DNA of 64,000 bases from Candidatus Tayloriibacteriota bacterium (GTDB lineage: Bacteria; Patescibacteriota; Minisyncoccia; Phycocordibacterales; CAIRYW01), in the NCBI GenBank assembly GCA_029288615.1, contig JARIGV010000003.1:1068-65067 (forward strand), given 5' to 3'. Below the pieces are notes generated by a model that saw only the letters and a list, made by a program, of their open reading frames with translations, did not search any database and was not told the origin of the DNA. Shown piece by piece: positions 46,741 to 54,263 of the stretch. A program made the position numbers and the translations under genes. Numbering within the stretch: the stretch's first letter is position 1; every line of letters begins with the position of its first letter.

Positions 46741-47938
46741 AGCTTATTCCCGAGGAAAGATTCGGAAGGAGATTGTCGTAAAGGGCAATTCCAAACCACG
46801 CCCAGTTTGCATCGTAATAACTAAGTGGCGTTTTCCAATTTTCCGTATCTTGGTCGAATAAAATTTTAAGTTTCTGATTATAAACATCGTCTGCATCTGC
46901 AGTGTCTGAAACGGCAAAATAACCTATAGCGCCGCCATACATCGCAGGTACTTCTGAAGACGCAACAATAGAGCCATCATGACCATATACAGAGGCGAGC
47001 ATCTTACTGTTTTGCCACTGTGATGAAAGAAATCCAAGCTTATCGAGGTATTGTTTTGCTTCAGGAGCCTTAAACCATTCATAATCAAGTGCAACTCTCC
47101 ATGGCACACGAAGTGCATCGAAACTAAAGTTTGTCGTGAGATTTGAAATTCCTGTTGCAGAAATTGCAGCTTTTGTTTTATCTATTTCTATCCAATCTGG
47201 TGGAAGACCAGAGGAACTTCCTTTATCAAGTTGTGAAGACGCAGAATTATTGAGAAGTGCATACGAAGTATCGACAAGAGAAACCCAATCATGGCTGCGA
47301 TCTATATTTGCAAAGATGCGATATGCATATGGTTCAAAATATGAAGGGTTGATGATGGGTTTTGAGGAAGAAAATTTCTCAAGATTGTTTGCAGTGAGAT
47401 ATGGCTTTCCTGCTATTACCACTACTTCCTTATCCCAAATATCACCCATGATCGCCTTTGCTTCAGTGAGATATTTTGTGTCATTCCATCTGTCGTATGC
47501 GAAAACAAGTGCGAGCGCAATATCAGTATCAGCATCAGTTGCTGCATTCTGTCCTCCCCTATCTGTAAGAATTCCATATGAGCCGTCTGTTTTTTCTCCA
47601 AAAAGCCACGCAAATAGATTGTCGTCCTTGTGCTTCAAATTATTATTCGTCCACTGCAATCCTTTATCGAAAGTTCCTTTATCATCCATCCACACTGCAC
47701 GCAAAAGCAAATAACCCTGTCCCTCGGATGTTGTAATGTTGTTCTGACTCTTATCGATCGCGCGTCCATCGGGATTTATATAATCGCTCTTATAATGAGA
47801 CCAGAGCGATGTGACCATATCTTTATCAGAAAAGACAAGTGAAGTGTGACCGAAAACGCCATTGAAATAAAGAATTGCAATACACAGGATAACGGCAAGT
47901 ACAATCAACGCATACCCGATGACATAGTTTTTTTCCAT
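46730..47938 (-). CDS. Glycoside hydrolase family 8 endoglucanase (BcsZ-like)
   Basis: GH8 signature ATDADTDIALALVFAY plus ...TSEGQGYLLL...; N-terminal TM/signal. Confidence 0.7.
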   Translation of the reverse strand: MEKNYVIGYALIVLAVILCIAILYFNGVFGHTSLVFSDKDMVTSLWSHYKSDYINPDGRAIDKSQNNITTSEGQGYLLLRAVWMDDKGTFDKGLQWTNNNLKHKDDNLFAWLFGEKTDGSYGILTDRGGQNAATDADTDIALALVFAYDRWNDTKYLTEAKAIMGDIWDKEVVVIAGKPYLTANNLEKFSSSKPIINPSYFEPYAYRIFANIDRSHDWVSLVDTSYALLNNSASSQLDKGSSSGLPPDWIEIDKTKAAISATGISNLTTNFSFDALRVPWRVALDYEWFKAPEAKQYLDKLGFLSSQWQNSKMLASVYGHDGSIVASSEVPAMYGGAIGYFAVSDTADADDVYNQKLKILFDQDTENWKTPLSYYDANWAWFGIALYDNLLPNLSSGISYEK

Positions 47939-47963
47939 GAAATTTTAAGTTAAACAATTGAAA

Positions 47964-48668
47964 TTAATGACCAAGCGACATCTTTCGTGATGAGAAGCGT
48001 GATGAATTTCCCATAATGCTTCTCGGAAGCGCTGTCGCTTTCTCGATCGCCCTCTTACCTTCTTTGCCTGCAATCAAAAGCACACCAAGAAGGCCAAGCG
48101 CGAGCGCAGTGACACCCAATGAAAATGTCATTGGCACACCAAGGCGAGCTTTTTCATATGGTGAAATTGCAGATGCAGTCGAAGCATCACCTGCCGCAGA
48201 TTTTTCATTGCGGAGACCGACTGATGGAGTCCTCGGATTTTTTGGTTTATTTTGAATAGTTGAATAGACTGATCCTGCCGTTGGTATAACTGCCGTAGTA
48301 GTAGCAGTTGTTGTTGCATTTACAGTCGCTTTTGTTGAAGTTGAAGTAGTGATCGGAGTTGTTGTTGCATGATTTGGATTTCCGAAAATAAAAAGTGATG
48401 GGAAAATAAAACTTCGAGTTGTACTTGCACCATTGTCAGGACCAGAAGAAGTATCTGCAGGTGTAGTAGTAGACGAAGCATGTGGCACCAACGAGTTCTC
48501 AGCAGGAGTTGTTCTATTTATTCTATTTGTATTTCGGTCACCATGAGATTGATTCCGTGCCGCAGATGCAACACCTGCAAAAGTAAACATATATATGAAA
48601 GCCATCATGCACGCGAACATGATGCCTATTTTTTTATTTTTCATAAATGTGTTTTGTTTCATGTACAA
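47964..48668 (-). CDS. Secreted Thr-rich protein with C-terminal membrane anchor (hypothetical)
   Basis: Signal peptide, T/S/N-rich low-complexity core, C-terminal hydrophobic helix plus basic tail. Confidence 0.4.
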   Translation of the reverse strand: MYMKQNTFMKNKKIGIMFACMMAFIYMFTFAGVASAARNQSHGDRNTNRINRTTPAENSLVPHASSTTTPADTSSGPDNGASTTRSFIFPSLFIFGNPNHATTTPITTSTSTKATVNATTTATTTAVIPTAGSVYSTIQNKPKNPRTPSVGLRNEKSAAGDASTASAISPYEKARLGVPMTFSLGVTALALGLLGVLLIAGKEGKRAIEKATALPRSIMGNSSRFSSRKMSLGH

Positions 48669-48756
48669 AGAGACGGAGCGCTATAGTGATTATGACAGTA
48701 AGCTCATGTTTGAAATGGCTGTCACGATAGCCATCATTTGTCGTCTACCTTTTTGT

Positions 48757-49227
48757 ATGGAAGAGATTATGCCATTACAAAAAAATACAAAGGATATGAG
48801 AAGAGTTGTGCGATTTATCCTTGTTGGTGTGCTCAACACTGCTATCGATTTTGCCGTACTTAATATTCTTATCTCGGCATTCGGTCTCGGCGGAAATAAC
48901 CATTTCCTTTATATTGTTTTCCGCTCGATCTCCTTCTCAGTCGCTGTGGTTAATAGTTTCTTCTGGAATAAAAGATGGGTATTTAAAAGAAATCGTCGTG
49001 TTCTTCATCAGTACGGTGAGCACACACAGTTTGAGCTTGGAAGTTTCCTTGGTGTAAGTGTTGTAGGCCTTGTGATTAATTCCCTCCTCGCACTTTTCTT
49101 TTTCTCAGTTATGTCACCTGTGCTCCCAACATTCTACGCTGCAAATATCGGCGCGCTCATTGGTACATGTGGTGCCCTCGCTTGGAATTTCATTGGTTAT
49201 AAGAAATTCGTATTCAAAGTAGCCTAA
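48757..49227 (+). CDS. GtrA-family polysaccharide-synthesis membrane protein
   Basis: Start trimmed to an internal ATG (48757; alternatives 48769 / 48796). ...RFILVGVLNTAIDFAVLNIL... and ...AWNFIGYKKFVFK are GtrA hallmarks. Confidence 0.55.
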   Translation: MEEIMPLQKNTKDMRRVVRFILVGVLNTAIDFAVLNILISAFGLGGNNHFLYIVFRSISFSVAVVNSFFWNKRWVFKRNRRVLHQYGEHTQFELGSFLGVSVVGLVINSLLALFFFSVMSPVLPTFYAANIGALIGTCGALAWNFIGYKKFVFKVA

Positions 49228-49241
49228 ATAAATTAAATAAA

Positions 49242-49958
49242 ATGCTTGTATCAATTATTATCCCCGCATATAACGAAGAAAAAAGAATAGGAAAAACCCT
49301 TTCTGCGATTTATTCGTATCTTGCAAAACAAAAATATCAAAGTGAGATCATCGTTGTTGATAACGGCTCAGAAGATAGAACAGCAGAAATCGTCGAGATT
49401 TATAAAAGCAATATTCCAAACCTCAGTCTTATTAAAGAAGCAAGTTATGGAAAAGGCTGGGCAGTAAAACAAGGAATGCTTGCTGCTAAGGGAGATTTTC
49501 GTCTCTTTACTGATGCTGATAATTCCACTGATATTAGCGAACTTGCAAAACTCCTTCGCTTTGCGCAAAACGGTTACGATGTTGTCGTAAGTTCACGTCT
49601 TGCGAAAGGCGCAATTGTCATCCACCCTCAACCAGGTTGGAGAAAGACTCTTGGAAAAGTGTTCGCATGGATTGTGCATCTTCTTGTACCAGTAAAAGTA
49701 AAGGACACCCAAAACGGCTTCAAAATTTTCTCACGTGAAGCTGCGGAAAAAATATTTTCTCATCAGACAATTTTCTATTGGGCATTCGATGTAGAGATTA
49801 TTGCGCTCGCTGAGAAATTTAAATTTAAAGTAAAAGAAGTACCAATCCGTTGGGTCAACGATGACAGAAGCCATATGAGCATGACTGGTATGGTCCGTAT
49901 GCTCTTTGAAGTAACACTTGTGCGACTTCATCTAATGACGAGAGACTACGCATCCTAA
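49242..49958 (+). CDS. Family-2 glycosyltransferase, polyprenyl-phosphate sugar (DPM1/GtrB/Ppm1-like) synthase
   Basis: IIIPAYNEEKRI...IVVDNGSEDRT...TDADNS (DAD)...; 238 aa, size and motifs of dolichyl/polyprenyl-phosphate mannose/glucose synthases. Confidence 0.75.
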   Translation: MLVSIIIPAYNEEKRIGKTLSAIYSYLAKQKYQSEIIVVDNGSEDRTAEIVEIYKSNIPNLSLIKEASYGKGWAVKQGMLAAKGDFRLFTDADNSTDISELAKLLRFAQNGYDVVVSSRLAKGAIVIHPQPGWRKTLGKVFAWIVHLLVPVKVKDTQNGFKIFSREAAEKIFSHQTIFYWAFDVEIIALAEKFKFKVKEVPIRWVNDDRSHMSMTGMVRMLFEVTLVRLHLMTRDYAS

Positions 49959-50095
49959 TTGACGCCGTGGAGCTTCTCTTATACGCTTAATGTGATCATA
50001 CAACCACCTCTCCCACGAAAGCCTCGTGAAAAATCGAGAGGAAGATCAGAATATAAAGCGAACAGGCGGTCGCTTATCAGACAAATACATATAGT

Positions 50096-50332
50096 ATGGA
50101 AGACAAGAAAAGCTTCACGAAAGAAGTCGTTGATGGTATCAAAGAAAGCATTCTTCGAAACATCAAAGACGAAGACGATCGTGAAATAAAGGAAGAAACT
50201 CTTCGCAACTGGCGAAGCTGGGGCTCATGGTTCTCATGGGGTTCTCCAGTAGGTTTAGGCCTCTTTCTCATCTCGATCGGTATCTTTCTCGTCCTGTTGC
50301 ATCTCGCAGGTGGAACAGTTCCGACTCATTAA
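50096..50332 (+). CDS. Hypothetical small protein with C-terminal TM helix
   Basis: 78 aa; charged N-terminal half, WRSWGSWFSWGSP motif, hydrophobic C-terminus. Followed by a strong terminator. Confidence 0.35.
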   Translation: MEDKKSFTKEVVDGIKESILRNIKDEDDREIKEETLRNWRSWGSWFSWGSPVGLGLFLISIGIFLVLLHLAGGTVPTH

Positions 50333-50337
50333 AAAAA

Positions 50338-50369
50338 TCCCTGCCGACTTTATCGGCAGGGATTTTTTT
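50338..50369 (+). terminator. Rho-independent terminator (tccctgccga-cttta-tcggcaggga + T7)
   Basis: 10-bp perfect stem, 5-nt loop, T-run 50363-50369. Confidence 0.7.
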
Positions 50370-50418
50370 GACCTAAAAATTCTTTTCCTGCATAATTTTC
50401 ACCAGCGAAAGGAGTACT

Positions 50419-50826
50419 TTGGAAAGAACTTGTTACTTCATAAAACCTGGTGCTGAAGAGCACGAGGAGCGAATTCTTCGAATCATAGAAGAAGCCGGGC
50501 TTCGAGTGTTGGAATGGAAAGATGTACACTTCACACAGCCGCTCGTCAATCGAATGTATGGCCATTTGTCGCCTGAAACTCTTCAAAAAACTGTGAGTTA
50601 TTTGTGGGGCTCAAACTGCAAAGCATATCTAGTCGAGGGTGAAGACGCTATCGCAAAACTTGTAGTCATTGCTGGGAAAAATTTTTCCGCAAACGAATGC
50701 GATGTGAAAAGCATTCGACACATGTTTGGCAATCGCCTTCCAGGAAGTGAGTACCGTAATGCAATTCATCGCCCGACAACTCCCGAAGAAGCAAGAAGAG
50801 ATTTAGAAATCTTAGGTTTTCACTGA
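50419..50826 (+). CDS. Nucleoside-diphosphate-kinase-like protein with divergent active-site region
   Basis: Aligns along its length with NDK (ERTCYFIKPGA ~ ERTxxxIKPDA; ...RMYGHL... ; RNAIHRPTT ~ NxxHGSDS). The catalytic His is retained, but the GSDS and some Arg positions are changed. Confidence 0.5.
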   Translation: MERTCYFIKPGAEEHEERILRIIEEAGLRVLEWKDVHFTQPLVNRMYGHLSPETLQKTVSYLWGSNCKAYLVEGEDAIAKLVVIAGKNFSANECDVKSIRHMFGNRLPGSEYRNAIHRPTTPEEARRDLEILGFH

Positions 50827-50853
50827 CCGCCCAACATAGCGGTCAATTTTTTT
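50825..50853 (+). terminator. Hairpin (gaccgc-N8-gcggtc) + T-run downstream of the ndk-like gene
   Basis: 6-bp stem followed by aattttttta. Confidence 0.4.
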
Positions 50854-50863
50854 ATATAAAAAA

Positions 50864-50905
50864 GCCGCGCTCGCAGTGTTTTATAGCGAGGCGCGGCTTT
50901 TATTT
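50864..50905. terminator. GC-rich hairpin (gccgcgctcgc ... gcgaggcgcggc) flanked by A- and T-runs; likely bidirectional terminator
   Basis: 11/12-bp stem with one bulge, aaaa upstream and ttttatttt downstream, between convergent genes. Confidence 0.5.
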
Positions 50906-50917
50906 TAATTTTTTACT

Positions 50918-51754
50918 TTACCAGAACTTTAGTCGAGCAAAGAAATCCATGATCTTGCCAAAGAATCCTGCGTGAACACCATTTCCTGGTGGTGTTGATG
51001 TAGGACCATGCATATCTGGCTCACCATTTCGTCCGATTGGAAGTCCATCAATAATTTTTGTTGCTGTCACCGTAGTGCTTGATACGGTACCGACGATTGC
51101 AACATTATCTCCTACCGTAATCGATGAGATTGCTATTGTGCTTGTCGCATTGTTTGCCCATTTTACCGCTGTTGCATTTGTTGCATCAACTGTAAATGAA
51201 GTGTTATTTCGTGAAGCAACTGTAAGAGTGTTTCCATTGACTGCAGAAACTGATCCAACAACGACAGGTCGCTCTGCTCCAAGAATTCCCATCACTCCGC
51301 CGCGATCATTTCCCATTCCTACGCCGTCGATAATTTTTGTAGCAACCACTTTTCCATTTGAGAGTGATCCAAGAACGATCAGTCGATCACCGACAGCAAC
51401 GTTTGCGATTGTCGCAGATGTTGTTGATGCTCCTGCACCAGTTTTCATAAATGTAGCTTTTGATGCATCGACAGAAATAGTCGTGCTTCCCTGTCCTGTA
51501 AGCGTGATTGTTGTTCCGCTAATTGCTTTTACAACACCCATCACTGCAGGATTCCCATTTCGTCCATCATCTCTTCCCATACCTTGTCCCTGTGGTGGAC
51601 GTCCCGGCTGCCCAGCAGGCTGACCCATAGGAGGTCGTCCTACATTCACATTAGCATTAGCTCTTACACCAACATTTACGTCCTGTGCGCTCGCACCACC
51701 TGCTACCGCAAGTGTAAGTGCGAGTGCCGAACCAATAATAATTCCCTTTTTCAT
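50918..51754 (-). CDS. Secreted protein with two tandem approximately 85-aa beta-rich repeats (DUF5666-like, tentative) and a Gly/Pro/Gln-rich linker
   Basis: Signal peptide; two modules each ending ...VATKIIDG / ...TATKIIDG with similar ...TLT...TT(I/F)SVDA(S/T)... cores; PPxGQ low-complexity stretch. Confidence 0.45.
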   Translation of the reverse strand: MKKGIIIGSALALTLAVAGGASAQDVNVGVRANANVNVGRPPMGQPAGQPGRPPQGQGMGRDDGRNGNPAVMGVVKAISGTTITLTGQGSTTISVDASKATFMKTGAGASTTSATIANVAVGDRLIVLGSLSNGKVVATKIIDGVGMGNDRGGVMGILGAERPVVVGSVSAVNGNTLTVASRNNTSFTVDATNATAVKWANNATSTIAISSITVGDNVAIVGTVSSTTVTATKIIDGLPIGRNGEPDMHGPTSTPPGNGVHAGFFGKIMDFFARLKFW

Positions 51755-51884
51755 ACTTAATATTTATAGATTAAACTTTTCCTCATAAAGAAGCTCGAGA
51801 ATGCTTCTTCGCGTATCTCTATTATACGCTACCTTTAAGAAGACGGGTGCAGAGCACCACTCTTACAGATGAGCTTAAAGTGCT

Positions 51885-52640
51885 TTATAAATGCGCAAAG
51901 TCATACCCTTCTGTGGATAAAATAGGGATGAGCTTTGTTAAAGCCTCTTCAGTTTTTGGAGCATTTGGTCCCCCAAGATGCATGATCACGATATTATCTC
52001 CCGGCTTTATTTTTCCAAGTACCATAGCAACAATTTTCTTTGCATCCATCTGATGTGGATCCTCTGAAATAATCCCATCATCACTTTCTTTGTAGCCAAG
52101 TTTTTTTATAAGCTCGCTGTCGCTTTTATTTCTGCAAAGCCCCGGCAGTCGTACATACGTCGGAGCATTTCCTGTAAGATCAGTAATTATTTCTGTCGCC
52201 TTTTTTATTTCTTCTGTCTTTGCTTTCTCCTGCGTAACGACTGAAAGACCATAGCACCCAACTGTAAATGCCGCATGATCATATGTGTGATTTTGTATTG
52301 AAAAAAGCCCACTCATTGCGGCCGCACGAATCACTCCTGGATACATTTCTGCAAACATTCCTGTCGTGAAAATTGTTGCTGGCACTTCCCTTTCTTCAAG
52401 ATATGAAATAATTCCCGGGCTATACCAAAGCCCAACCTTTCCTTTTTCCGCCTCATCTTTCATGTGAGGAGTCATGTCCGCATCAAAAGTAAGATAGACT
52501 GTACCGATCTTTTGCTTCAAGGGTGATGGAATATTTTGCGCCACAACAGCAGAGGCTTCACAAAAAAACGAAAGAAAAATAAAAACAATAAAGAAATTAA
52601 AATATTTTTTACAGCACCGATCTATTTCTTTCATCCCCAT
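51885..52640 (-). CDS. Polysaccharide deacetylase (NodB-homology, CE4) family protein
   Basis: TFDAD (motif 1, Asp-Asp) and ...QNHTYDHAAF (His-His zinc motif); N-terminal TM. Confidence 0.7.
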   Translation of the reverse strand: MGMKEIDRCCKKYFNFFIVFIFLSFFCEASAVVAQNIPSPLKQKIGTVYLTFDADMTPHMKDEAEKGKVGLWYSPGIISYLEEREVPATIFTTGMFAEMYPGVIRAAAMSGLFSIQNHTYDHAAFTVGCYGLSVVTQEKAKTEEIKKATEIITDLTGNAPTYVRLPGLCRNKSDSELIKKLGYKESDDGIISEDPHQMDAKKIVAMVLGKIKPGDNIVIMHLGGPNAPKTEEALTKLIPILSTEGYDFAHL

Positions 52641-53167
52641 ATAAACACAGCAAGCGCAAGTGCTGTAACAAGAATCTCTGCAATTCCAGAAATACTTTTA
52701 AAATGATTTTTAATAACTCCACTCCAGCGCGATATTCGTGGCACATCTTTCTTCGCCCATTCAAATGGAAAAGTAAAAAATTTATCCGACAAAGGCCAGA
52801 ACCATTTGGCCCCAAAGACAAATGAATCACAAAGTAGATGGCTCCACGGTGAGAGCCATACCAAAAGTCCCAAAGCTTTTACAAAATCACTTGCAAAAAT
52901 ATCTCCGCAGAAAAAGACAACGCAGCCAAAAAGAAACCAAAAGATCGCGGTGTGTGTAATATAGCCGCGGTGCCCATCGGTGACTGCAGGAGTCAAAGTT
53001 TTCTTTTTGAGGAAACTTAAGAAAATATCAAAATCTGGACCATCACCTAAAAGGGTACCGATCGTATAGATTGCAATATTTTCATTTCCAGAAAATTGAA
53101 AACCAGCAACATGAAGCACAGCATATGTTGTCAGATATCCAGCAGCTAAATGTCCCGGTAAGATCAT
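52631..53167 (-). CDS. Membrane-bound metal-dependent hydrolase family (YdjM/DUF457-like) protein
   Basis: N-terminal MILPGHLAAGYL and GDGPDFD motifs typical of this family; 4-5 TM. Confidence 0.5.
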   Translation of the reverse strand: MILPGHLAAGYLTTYAVLHVAGFQFSGNENIAIYTIGTLLGDGPDFDIFLSFLKKKTLTPAVTDGHRGYITHTAIFWFLFGCVVFFCGDIFASDFVKALGLLVWLSPWSHLLCDSFVFGAKWFWPLSDKFFTFPFEWAKKDVPRISRWSGVIKNHFKSISGIAEILVTALALAVFIWG

Positions 53168-54261
53168 TCTCTTATTCTACGGCGCAAAAGCACATACAAC
53201 AAGGTAACGATCGCAGCGCATACTAGAAAGATTTTTGTATTTATATTATTACTTTGACTCTGTGTTTCAGGCATTACCTCGGCAGAAGCTTTGCCAATTT
53301 TCATGATCGCAAATCGTGTTAAGTGAGATACTGAAAATGTCACAGTATTTCCATCTATTTTAATGTTCGGTACTTCACTCCATGTATTTTTTGTCGTATC
53401 AAACCAAAATACACCGATCTTCTCGCCAACAAGAGACTCCGGCACAGTCAGTGTAATCGTAAGCGGTTTGCTAAATGTATGAATCTCCTTTCCTGATGGA
53501 TCTTTTGCAACAATATCAAAGAAAACTTTTCCAAGGGTTTCTATGATCACATCGAAAGTGGCATTTACAATGTGTGTTGTGACTGTAATTTTTTGAGGAT
53601 AAGCGCCGGCAGGTACATACACTTTCGCGTGTGAAAGTCCTGACAAATTAGACGAATCATTTGGAAAAACTTTCTTTGGATCATTCTTGTTAGTCACTAT
53701 GTGATTGACGACAGGATAAATAGATGGAAAAAAATTGCTATCACTATGTATGACGCCAGCACTTCCAATTCGTGCCGCTATTGAAGAGGTTCCACTATTT
53801 TGTGTATTTGAAACAGCGTTGCGCACATCACAGAGATTACAATCAAAATTTACTCTACCCACAGCATCTCCTTCATTTCCTGCTATACCACTCCATTTTC
53901 CATCTGTTCCAATTGTCACTCCACTCATAGAAAGCCAACCGAGATTTGGAACCCATGCAGAACCACTGAGATGTCCATTCGCATCAATAGAAACTCCCTG
54001 CCCAGAATTCGTCGGACTGAAATTGATCCAACCATACTCTTTGCTCCACGCATATCCTGTTACAGAAGCGTCTGTTACAACAACGCCTTGATACTCACCA
54101 TTATTTTCCGGGGCAAAATTGATCCATCCCATATTTTCTCCCCATGCATATGAATGCGAAGCATCAACAGTTTGTGATGAAGCAAAGACAGAAGTGGAAC
54201 AAAGAAAAAAAAGTGAGACAAGAATGATGAGTGCGTTATTTTTTCTCACATTTCGAGCCAT
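53164..54261 (-). CDS. Secreted repeat protein (G.AW....GWI.F aromatic repeats, possibly glycan/cell-wall binding) with C-terminal TM anchor
   Basis: Signal peptide; three or more repeats YAWGENMGWINFAPEN / YAWSKEYGWINFSPTN / SAWVPNLGWLSMSG; C-terminal hydrophobic helix + RRRIRE. Confidence 0.45.
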   Translation of the reverse strand: MARNVRKNNALIILVSLFFLCSTSVFASSQTVDASHSYAWGENMGWINFAPENNGEYQGVVVTDASVTGYAWSKEYGWINFSPTNSGQGVSIDANGHLSGSAWVPNLGWLSMSGVTIGTDGKWSGIAGNEGDAVGRVNFDCNLCDVRNAVSNTQNSGTSSIAARIGSAGVIHSDSNFFPSIYPVVNHIVTNKNDPKKVFPNDSSNLSGLSHAKVYVPAGAYPQKITVTTHIVNATFDVIIETLGKVFFDIVAKDPSGKEIHTFSKPLTITLTVPESLVGEKIGVFWFDTTKNTWSEVPNIKIDGNTVTFSVSHLTRFAIMKIGKASAEVMPETQSQSNNINTKIFLVCAAIVTLLYVLLRRRIRE

Positions 54262-54263
54262 AA

